A stretch of 64,000 nucleotides of DNA from Kudoa neothunni. Taxonomy: Eukaryota; Animalia; Cnidaria. The stretch is from contig OZ199838.1 in assembly GCA_964304625.1 (NCBI GenBank), positions 1,186,958 to 1,250,957 on the forward strand, in the 5' to 3' direction. This document shows, piece by piece, positions 53,340 through 64,000 of the stretch. Within the stretch, counting starts at the first letter, position 1. Every line of letters begins with the position of its first letter. The notes below the pieces were generated by a model. That model searched no databases, had not been told where the DNA came from, and worked only from the letters and a program-made list of their open reading frames with translations. The position numbers and the translations under genes were made by a program.

Positions 53340-54370
53340 CGTTTATGATCTGAGATACTTTGAGTGGTATTTTTTGAAATCTTGTAGTAATTCTTTAAAT
53401 TATCCACGGTAATCCTCTCAGTTGCTGCAAGCATACATCGTTCCAATTCAGTTTAATTTTTTGGATATGAAAGAAGGACGATAGACTTCCATTGATTGAA
53501 TAAATTCTCAATTGAATTTGAGAATGATGAGTGTAGGGACAAAAATAAAATAGTATGTCCCTCCTCAGATATAGAATCTTGGATAATTGTCTATTTATTG
53601 AAGGGAACATTATCCATTATTATGAGAGCTTTTGATATATTATTTTGACGTAAATATTTTAAAAGATCCAAAATGAAATTTGTATAAAATGTGTTCACGA
53701 TATTAAATGCCCATAATTTTTTTGGACTCATCACGGCAATAAGAGTCACATTCTTAGATTAACTCGTGTGTCCACGGGCTGATCTGTCTAACTTGCGTCT
53801 CATTGACGAAGAAAACCCAGCCTAATCCAAGAATATTATTTCTTCATGTTCTTGTTTAAGTCTCAAAAGATCAACTAAGTATCTATATAAATTATAGAAC
53901 TGTTTTAAATTGTAACTTTTACTCATATCTTTTTCGGATATTTTCATCGTTATTCCTAACTCGAGGTACCACAGAAATACAATTCAGAGCGTAATTAAAA
54001 TCACTTATTTCATCATTTACACATTGTTTAGTTACAATACTCTAAGATTATTCAAAAATAGCTTTATGTGATAGCGTACAATCATCGGTGATGAATTTTT
54101 TTGTATGATCTATATGGTCGTCTATTAATTTTGATCGCCGATTACCTCGCTTCTTGATTGATTCGAGCACAACTTCCAGTTGATTAACACTTTTTAATTA
54201 TTCTACTAATAGTACTTTTATGTGCCTTAACAGCTTCAGCTATTTTTCTGTTTGTTTGATCAATCTACGAAAAATTATTTAACTTTTTAAAACTATCAGA
54301 TAAATTACTTCACGTGAAGTAATAATAATGTCTCTTATATAATTTTAAATATTTTTAAATTTCATCATGG
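53340..54370 (-). pseudogene. IS630-Tc1-mariner superfamily (DDE_3-type) transposase remnant
   Basis: Minus-strand pieces GFSSSMRR...KNVTLIAVMS, IIMDNVPFNK and HTILFLSLHSSFSNSIENLFNQWK match MDNxxFH and FLPxYSPxLNPIE. Stops and frameshifts present. Confidence 0.78.
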
Positions 54371-55047
54371 AACATAAGGAAATAGAGATTTACAATTGAA
54401 CTAGCAATTTGATGCGAACGATTGCTTATGCGTATGGCTAACTTGCCATTTGATCGTGAAATACTGTACGAAGACCGACTGATTTGCTTCAATAGAATTG
54501 TTTGATCCAGATTCCAAAATTATCTGTGGAATGAGATTTAGCTTCTTGTCGTAAAATAACTAAAAGTTATTTTAATAGGTTTTTAGAAAAGTTATATTTC
54601 TAAAAATGGAATGGCTGCGAATAAAAATATTTCGTGAAAAATCTTGATTACATTGATTAAAGTTATAAAAAAATAATTATTCCGGACATAATATCACTTC
54701 TTGGACAAGAATTAATCAAGTTATTTCATTGATGTATAATCGGGATTAATGAAGCGGTCATTGAACAAATAGATGAAATAATCTATCATAATCGTTAATA
54801 TGATTGGCACTCATTCATAGTAATAGACACCTAGTGCGTCAATGTTCCGAATATTAATAACCAAAACTATATATAGAGATATTGCTATCCAAACAATAAA
54901 AAAGTTATGTATTAAAACTTTTAGAATTTTCTTTCTAAAAATATTCAACTAATATAACATTGGATTTTCTCTTTTTCCCTAAAAATACCACTTTACCTTA
55001 GCTACAATAACTAATACTATAATAGTATAACACCCCAGAATGGCAGC

Positions 55048-56073
55048 ATGAGAAGAAAGATACTAATTGTTTTGTTGTTTTTAGCAATTCTGGTGGTAGT
55101 TTGTATTTATTTACAACAAGGTACACCAATAGGTTACTCGATGTCGACATTTAATATGAGAACCAACAGTAATTACAAGGACTGTATGAAAATGATATCC
55201 AATCAAAAATCTATAAATTCTAATCCCATCATAGTAGAAGATCCTGAGGTTATAATATTAGTTGATTCGAAGGTTGATGACTACGAATCAAGATGTGCGA
55301 TTCGAGCAGTTTGGTCGCGTTATTCGCCCAAAAAATTATCTCATATTATGTCTTACGTCGTATATTTCCAAGTTGGTTACAGGGATAGCAAAACTTCAAA
55401 TATAGCTTTACATGAACAACAACTTTATCAAGATTTGATCATATATAATAGTATCCCGGAAATATATTCTAATCTTGGGAAAAAACTTATGGCTTCTCTG
55501 GAAAACATAAGTAATCAAAACATGACTTCACTGAAATATATTGTGAAAACTGACGACGATGTTTATGTTGCCATAGAACAGTATCTGCAACATTTAAAAT
55601 CATCTGTAAATCTGGATGTGGACTATGAGGGATTATTGTAAGTTTATGTGTGTGTGTGACATTGGCTTTCACTAATATTTATATTTTTTTATTCAGATTT
55701 AAGAAAATGTCTGTTATTCGGGACATAAAACATAAAAAATTATGAACCATCAAGAACTATAGTCCGTAATTTTTTCCCTCCATATTGTACCGGCTATGGA
55801 TACTTCGTTAAAGCCACCAAGTTAAATTGTCTCGTTTCTGCATCTAAGACACACGAAAATTTAAAAAACGGCGATACCAACGTTGGTTATCTTTTAAGAT
55901 TTTGTAACGCGACTATGAGCCATCATAGGCATTATACCTATGATTCCTATGAGAATAAAAATTTATTCGAGGGGATCAAATTATATCGTAGAAATCCTAA
56001 TATTTTTTTCCTTCACGGTATTAGAAAATACGACCAAATTATATTTGACGAGACAGTTAATGAAAATTTATAA
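55048..56073 (+). CDS. GT31 family beta-1,3-galactosyl/GlcNAc-transferase-like type II Golgi protein (2 exons; one extra A in a homopolymer at ~55734-55739)
   Basis: N-terminal TM anchor, motifs RCAIRAVW, YSNLGKK and YIVKTDDDVYV (DxD). Intron 55638-55696. Exon 2 has VIRD...FPPYCTGYGY...GDTNVG...FLHG and TAA at 56071-56073. Confidence 0.88.
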
Positions 56074-59000
56074 ATATAATAGAGTTGGTTTTAAATATTG
56101 TTGTTTTTTCGCATTCTTATTTTTACTCTCACACCACAATAGGTAATCCCCTCGATGGTGGAGATAAATGCGTAAACTACAGTGGGTAACCACCTTAAGC
56201 AGTTTGGCAAACGTATGTGCAATGTTTTTTTATATCACCCTTTGATATAATTTAGGTAATAAAAATTAACGGGAAAAAATATTATTATCACTTTTTGTAC
56301 ATTTGGAATTTTTAATATTTTTATTATCTGTTTTTAGGTAAAATTTTTCATTAACTACACAAGGTATTGAAGTTCTTAATTTTATGTGATGTGGCTTCTC
56401 GATTTAAAAATGATAACATATTAACAGAGGTAGTTTATTTCTTTGATATTATATTATATATTATACATTTTATGTTTAAGGAACCTAATAAAAGTTAAAT
56501 GATAATATGAAAATTAATTTGATATTATTTCTTTCAGTTGATATATATGTCACACTTTTATTTTTATTTCTTGGATAACTTTCATCAAATCCGGTTATGA
56601 TGATGCTGGCTAAGAAAAACAATATTTCTACTTATAAAATTCCTAAACCATCTTATTCAGGGTCAACTCGAAATTCTTATATAATTATTCATTATATTTT
56701 AAATTAATTTACTCTTGTTAATTTATAAATGATAAATTGCAATTTTGTGGTAGTTTTTCCGCTTAGATAGAGAAGGCAATTTTATCACAGTATAATTTTA
56801 TATTTATCATTACATGTATTAGGTATAATTTTTCTCACTGCTGAGAATAAAAACATCAATCAATAAATAACATATAGGAAAAAAACTAAATGAAAATTGT
56901 TGGTCACGTGACGAGAACATTGATATATTTCCCGCCTTATTTTAATTGTGATTGACTTTAAATTCACAAAATGATCTAAAATGAAAACATAAATAATGAT
57001 CATTTAATACTTTTGAGGTGATGTAGTAGAAAGAAATACCTCACAAAACTCGTTACACACTGTAAATACCGTAATTGCGATGCACACTCATTGTAACTTA
57101 AAACAAAACTTCTATTATTATTATTAATTTAGATTATCATTTTAATATAATTATTTCATGGTTATTTATTAGTTTTTATTTTTTTAAATACGACCTTATT
57201 TTTAATTCTGCCATTTTTGAATCGCCTTATTTTAAAATTAACAAATATATAGAATAATTTCTTCGAAAAACTTAAGCCTATTGTATTACGTTATCTATTA
57301 AAGTATAAAACTGTATTAGATAATCATTTTATCGACAGTAGACTAACACACTTCGAACAATAATTACTGAGTCGCAAAAAATTATTTTCCTCAATACTAA
57401 TTAGTTATTACTTAAATAAAGTACAGATTTATTTATTATTTAATTAACTGAGGTTACATAATAAATAAATCATTGATTTTGAAGAATAATCTGAACATTT
57501 ACGGGAAAATTAATCTTCTACTAAAGATTGGTTATAATCGTATCATTAGGATTATATTATTTTTTTGAGAAATACAGTATGAATTCGTCGATGAATAGAT
57601 TTCTTTTACATATTTAAATTAAAATTTTTGAGGAAAATTTAATCCCCAAAGCAATAAATGTATGGTAATTTATGAGAGCTTGTAAGGTGATATTTTTAAA
57701 TTGTTGAGAAAAATTTCTCGTTGAAAATATTTCGCAATATAATTCATAATTTATAATTCAGTTATCGATGCAACCGTAAATTAATAAATGGACTAATTAT
57801 ATATTCAAATATAATGTAGATATTGTATATTACTTTATAAAATTTTTTTAAATTCTAAATAGTGATTTTACTAAGAGCAACAAAACATATTTATGGTGAT
57901 TCGTAATTGAGAGTTATTTTTTTCAGTTCAGCATTTCTCAATAAGGTTCCAATGGAGTTTTCGTTTTCTTGGTGATTCATGTTAGGGACAATTATTTGTT
58001 GACCTAAAGCAAACGAATTTTATTCAAGATATTTATTTTCGAAATTTGGTTTAATATATCCAATCAGTTGTTAATTAGTTATTTTCTCTGATACCTAAAT
58101 GCTGTGTTCTAGGAGATGTCAGAGAAGGATCGAGATCGTTACATTCAGTGATTGCATCATTGAAACATTTTCCCGTGCGCTAAAATTTTTTTCGAGACAA
58201 AAATTTTGATAATGAACTTATTTATGTATGTAAATAAAATCATTCTTTCACCTACATCTTCAGGAAGACATTTCTTTTCGTGAAAGTAGCAATACATGTA
58301 ATTAAATGCCTAACAGTGGTTACAAAAATCCTCGAAAAATTTTTATAACTCTGCAGACAAATAGTTCTAACAAGGTCGGATCAAAATTGGTAACTAAATA
58401 TTTACGTTGAATCAACTTGAGCTAAAGATACTACTTTGGTCCCCCTTTTGTCTAGAATAGATTGTAATAACCGCCTGTTGACTGGGGTAATTCCTAGGTA
58501 GTTGGATTACATCCTTCCACAATGTATCGATCACTTTGAGCTTAAGATATTTAATTTAATAATTAAATAATGAAATAATGTTCGCTGGTCATACTTTGGC
58601 TTCACAATTGGAGTAACGTAGCGTAAGTCTGATTATCTCATTCCTCAGCTGGCTTTCAGCTTCTCTCCTCAACGTGTACTAAATTCATAATAATATTATT
58701 GGTTAACCTTAGTCATAAATTAGATTAAAATAATATTTTATAAATTTTATGAAGTAATAAAATTAGAATATGAATAATAGAGATACCGAATGTGTGGTTT
58801 GAAACAGTATAATAATACTAACTGAGCAATAGATGACTGTCAGTCTCATTCTAAAATTGACCAAAATACAAAGGTACTGGTATCCCGTATTTATGATACT
58901 TTATCTATCCACCTATCATTGTCATATCATTATTTTATAAATACAAAAGAATTTAATAAGACTATCAGTAGGTATATTTATCAACATATCTTATGAATTA

Positions 59001-62000
59001 TACTACCGATAAATCATGCTAAAGAAGGCTCTTATCACGGTTACAAGGGATACAACCAAATTTGATTTAGAATTAATATTAATATTATTTAGTGTTACTT
59101 GATAAACTATAATTCTAAAATTAAAACAGTTACTCCGTTTTATTCGTAAACTCAAATAATTTTTTAATGTAGTTAACTCAGATATAAGGCTGTGCTTATT
59201 TCGCCGGAAGCGCTCTTTCTCTTAAAAAATTAATCCGATCGTTATCATTTTTTCCAAAAAATATCTTTCATAAACGCAGAATATACCTTTAGTTTAATTA
59301 ATTCAGGGACGTATTTTAACATAACTAATTTTTATCAATAAAATCCACATGAAACTAAGATGTAGCATAATTTATAAAACAATAAAATTTAATAAAATAT
59401 TTAATTTTCTACTTTTTTATTTGTAAATAATTGAGATTATGTAACTTCGCAGTAAATTATATTTCAATCCTATATATCGACGTAGTTGCTATATTATTAT
59501 CAACATCATCATCATAATAAAAAAAGTATGTGCTAAAATCTAATATTGTTTGTAATTCACATTTTGGTTTAGCTCTCTACTTCACTACTATTGGAAACTA
59601 TATTCCTATAATTTTATGAATTTCATAACATGGATAAAATTCACATAACTATCACAGATAGATATTTAGCTGTAGAATAATTCACTATATCTAAACTAAG
59701 ATTTCCATATCAATTATTGATGATGTGTCATTATCTCGAGCTGCGTCTTGTAAATCCTCACTCTCTGTTTGTGATTGCCCAGTAACAGAGCGCAAAATAA
59801 AAATTTTATTAAAGGCACTCTCGTTACATTTTGGATCTGAAATTTATTGATTCTTGTTGATAATAGTTTCAGATGTTAAATTAAATTGATATATGAATAG
59901 TGGAAAAAATGAGATATCTAATCCAAAGAATCCTCATCATATATCTTAATATATAAAGTTGTAGTGCCCGTATAAGTAAAGAGGAAATACGCATGCGCGT
60001 GTATATCTATTCCTTACAGGAACATATGTTGAAACTTTTGACCACACAGACCTGATCTAACCGCTGTTTCCTGGGAAATCAATTAATTCAATATACATCT
60101 GCATTATTGTCAACTGGTATACAGCCCATTTTATGTTTTTATGCGGGCGGCGAATCGGATTAAAAGGATTTATTTGTGGATTATCAAGATAAATACATTG
60201 TTTAACGCCAAAGAGATTATTAACTTCTTTAGGATAAACATTGAGATTCTTTGGTAACAGATATTAAAAAATGATAAACATTTTAATAAAGTTACCAGGC
60301 AGAATTTAAGAGATGGAATAACGCCTATATGATATATGACTTAGAATCTTCAGTCTTCCTGAAGATATGAAATGTATCTAATCTCATATGTCATATTTTT
60401 CTTAATTTTTGTGTGCAGCTCTTGTTATACATTTAAAAAAATAATATCGTTACAAAAAATAGTCTATTTACTTAAGATTATTGCTCTAGTAATCAATATT
60501 TTCGTTAGAATTATGGAGTTAATGATGATTTACATAATAAGTAGATTGAAAATTATCTGTTTATGTTTAATTTTAATTTATATTAGGATAAAGATCAACA
60601 AAGTGAATTCTTGCTATATGAATATACAAAGAATGTCTGTTAATTAAGGTATTGAATGTTTTAAAGTTGAGAAGTATGTCGTTAGGAGCAAATTTACGGC
60701 GCATGAATCCATTAGCGCGATATTTATAGAGTTTGATGTTGCAAATCACTTAGAATTTGTAGCTTTTATTGATTTTTTAATGAATTTATTCGCTTTTCTA
60801 AAACACGAAATATATTTTTGGGCGGGAAGATTATCATTATTTTAGTTGAGACACATGATTTGAGATTTCACGTAGTTACCATAAAGAAATGATTTGATGG
60901 GCCTACACGCATTATAACAATATTTACGAATTTTTTGAAAAACGTTTAAAAAACAATCATATTCTACTGAAATTCCAGTAATGTTCCAGTTTCATATTTA
61001 TCGTGTTAATTGCATATAGTTGAAATTATATTTATTTTTTAACATGTTTTACCTATTTTCAAGATAAAGATTTCCAATGTTTTCCTACATTAAACTGATA
61101 AATCCATTGTAATAATTTTCGAAACATTATTAAATAATTTTTTAAGTAAATTTAAGCAATCAAACACCTAATTATTTTCTAATTTCTGATTAGAAAGTTA
61201 TTAATGAAATAAATATTTGGTATTTATTCGGCCAAAATTGACTCATTATGATATGAAAATTTTATAGAAATATGATTCATTTATCCCATAAATAATTTTA
61301 GAATTTGGTTAAACTCTTACTATTAAAAGGGCACTCTTTTTTTTTGTTAAGCGTTAGTCCGTAAGTAAATAAGAAACCATTGGTTTATTCTATTAAACCA
61401 ATGTTATTATAAAGTTTCATATAATTCGAGAACTAATATATAAAAAATTTATTCCGAAATAATAGATTAGTATGTATATGTTTAAACAAGAGTCATTCTT
61501 CGAGAAAACCAATTGATAGCTAAGCATTACTGTACATTTTCGGCTAAAAACATATTTATCATCGATTTAACCAATTTTATATTTACGTTAGGTTGGTTTT
61601 TTGAACAGATTGGATTTTATGTGAAGAGGAATTGATTGATTTATTTAAAAGTTTTTAAAGCGTATTAATATCACGGAATTATAATTTCTCGCTCACAAAT
61701 TCTTGATTAAAATCAAATAAGAATCTTTCATAAAATTATCCCATAAAGTAATATGGGTGTTATTCTTTTAGATATCAAAAAACTGCATTTTTTCTATTTC
61801 ATCCTTTATCTATTATCAGATAGATCGAAGAGTTAGAATGCATATACTGTGTCCATAGATTTCATTGATAATGCTCGTTATGTTGAACTTTCCATGATTA
61901 ATTTCAATGCAGATAGTTGTATTTTTGCTTCATCTGATTATACTAATTATTTTTGTTTATATTGACGCGATTTGTATGTGTTTTTGAGAAAGAAAGCACT

Positions 62001-62209
62001 AAAGTTTATGCCGGAACAAGAAATGTTAATTTGAATATTAAAAATCTATTTTCGTATATCTCTTTATCTTTAATTACCACCCCCAAAAAGCATAGGAAAA
62101 AACTTTATATGCCGGACCAAAAATAACGCTTTAGATACCGCTTTAACGGGATTTACATCATTCAGGAATGCAAAAAATATTACACTGAATATAAATTATT
62201 CGGAGTTGG

Positions 62210-62448
62210 TGGTTGGTGCCGGGCCATGAAATTTTCAAATAAACGCTGGGATTGGTAAACTCCTTCACAGAAATGATCATAATTTGAATTTCATATTTAT
62301 TCCCAGCCATTAAAATATAATTCTATGCATTTTTTTGGGTTAACTGCATCTTTAGGTTAATTTGAGACATCAATATCTTTTTGGAATGTTATTAAGAAAT
62401 TTTTTCAGTGCTTAACATTCTCAAGCAAAGTTGGGCAGTTCCCACTAG
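62210..62448 (+). mobile_element. Non-autonomous Helitron family B, 3' part (copy 2)
   Basis: Homologous to 16252-16486. Hairpin CTCAAGCAAAGTTGGG followed by CTAG|T. Confidence 0.7.
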
Positions 62449-62799
62449 TTGAAAATAAGAAGGATTAATTCATCCAAAATCTTTTTTAATAAATCATGTT
62501 GAGTCCCTGTTTGTTCAAACCTTAGTGGTGTCATTTTATCGAAAAGAATTTTAGCTTCAAATATCGCTTAAAGAATTCAACGCAGATCATTGACCCGAAA
62601 TTTCTGTAATAACTGGGTGCACATTACATAAATGATTCTGAATAAATATATCCCTGGTCATTTGAATAAATCATAGGTAATTATTCTAGTACCACCTCCT
62701 ATTACAAACTTTTTCGTCATATAACTGAATATTCACTATTTTTCTAGTAGATGTGATATGCATACATGGTAATTATACATTATATGCTTATGTCAAAGT

Positions 62800-63480
62800 T
62801 GCAAGTGCCACCGATGCCGATTACTCGATCTTAGGTCTGAGAATTTCGATATCAATATTATATAAGTGTTAAATATTGGAACATCGACAAGATCCATAAA
62901 CATGCTGAAGAGCCAACTTCTAGTTATAAAAGCACAGCTGTACGTTTGCGCCATCAAACCCCCTTTGGTTTGATTATAATTGATAATGATTTCAAAGTTA
63001 TTTTTTGTGACTGTTCAATCGCACTATCGTGGAAATCCGATGATAACAGAAAAACAATATAATTTTTCTTTTGAACGTATGGCATTAGCGTTATGTTCTC
63101 ACAGAAGATAAATTTTGGCGATAGCTCATCTTGATTAGTCATACCCTGTAGAATTCCAGGCATGCAGCTGTTATTTCTTATAAAAGTTGTCATTAATTAT
63201 ATATGCTTCTGCATCAAGAATGGTGCGTCATTGGATGGGATAGAGCTGAAAAAATTGTCATGATCAATGGATGGAGGGCCTACAATAATATTTGCCATTT
63301 GGAAATCACTCATCATGTTATGACACACGAAAAGCATTTTATTGACCCTACAGATGATTCTGAGGTTCCTACTCAAAATGTTGAAAATCTGTAGCTCTGT
63401 TTGATGCGAATGTTACGAGCAAGAGGAACCAATGGAAGCCCACATAAGTGGAAATATATTGCGAAACTTTTATTTCAAAA
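62800..63480 (-). pseudogene. piggyBac transposase remnant
   Basis: Minus-strand motifs DHDNFFSSI, YVQKKNYIVFLLSSDFHD and YSCAFITRSWLFSMFMDLVDV match piggyBac DNxFTS, YVPKKNKxVxLLS and YSxxRxTRRWP segments. Internally deleted. Confidence 0.82.
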
Positions 63481-64000
63481 GCAAAAAACTCAATTGTTTG
63501 AGGCTGTTCTAGAATAAATAAAATTAACTTAACAATTTTGATAAATTATTTTTTCGTTAATCTTTGTTTATTTGATGCGCGCGTGTGGCAATTATTCTGC
63601 ATTTTTATCAATAAATGAAACTATATTTATATTCATATTCTGTATTTATAAAGGATAATTTTGGAAAAATGATAACGATTGAATTATTATTTTAGGAGAA
63701 AAATTTCGTTGGATAAATATCCACTATCTAGATTTAAATCCAAATAAACTAAAGTATCATTATTAAAAATATATTAAATGATATGATGATTCCGAATGGA
63801 GATTAATATCGAGTTTATGTTTTTCTACAACCTGGTTGTAGATAATAATTGAATTGGAAACAACAAATACAACGAATAAATTGTTATTTTCATATTACAA
63901 TATTTATAAAAATGGATTTTCGTTTGTTTAAAATTTAGGTTCATTCATATTTACTTTAATTTCTACTCCAAAATAACCTCTGTTTTTAGTAACTTCATAA

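Noticed and set aside
55040-55051. Upstream ORF (MAA*) overlapping the GT31 start
   Set aside because: Real in sequence, but such short uORFs arise by chance and there is no evidence of function.
56200-62000. Additional host genes in the long AT-rich stretch (e.g. ORF 60372-60647)
   Set aside because: No consistent exon chain or recognisable motif; likely decayed repeats.
1-64000. CRISPR array, rRNA or prokaryotic operon/defence system
   Set aside because: No regularly spaced repeat-spacer structure or rRNA signatures; the genes are spliceosomal-intron-containing eukaryotic genes.

Overview
This is a strongly AT-rich eukaryotic window, most consistent with a compact invertebrate genome and possibly a parasite; the taxon cannot be determined from sequence alone. 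Most introns are short GT-AG introns of ~40-80 bp, and intergenic DNA is dominated by decayed transposons. Seven host genes are supported: an orphan type-I membrane protein (5997-8333 +); a secreted five-domain Kunitz protein (19037-20505 -); splicing factor SF3B3 (23525-31691 -, 24 exons); a second orphan type-I membrane protein with a repeated 4-Cys module (34764-38017 +); a mitochondrial 2Fe-2S ferredoxin (39348-39899 -); ISWI/SMARCA5 with about 19 single-base indels (44742-~48266 -); and a GT31 beta-1,3-glycosyltransferase (55048-56073 +). Mobile DNA includes a MULE with ~250-bp TIRs, a Buster-type hAT with non-autonomous relatives, Merlin/IS1595, IS630-Tc1 and piggyBac remnants, two non-autonomous Helitron families and tRNA-derived SINEs. 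No rRNA, intact tRNA, snRNA or CRISPR array was seen. The best novelty candidates are the disulfide-degenerate multi-Kunitz protein and the two lineage-specific surface proteins. The ISWI frameshifts look like a long-read assembly artefact but need a read-level check. All gene models were spliced and translated by hand, so boundaries and counts are approximate.
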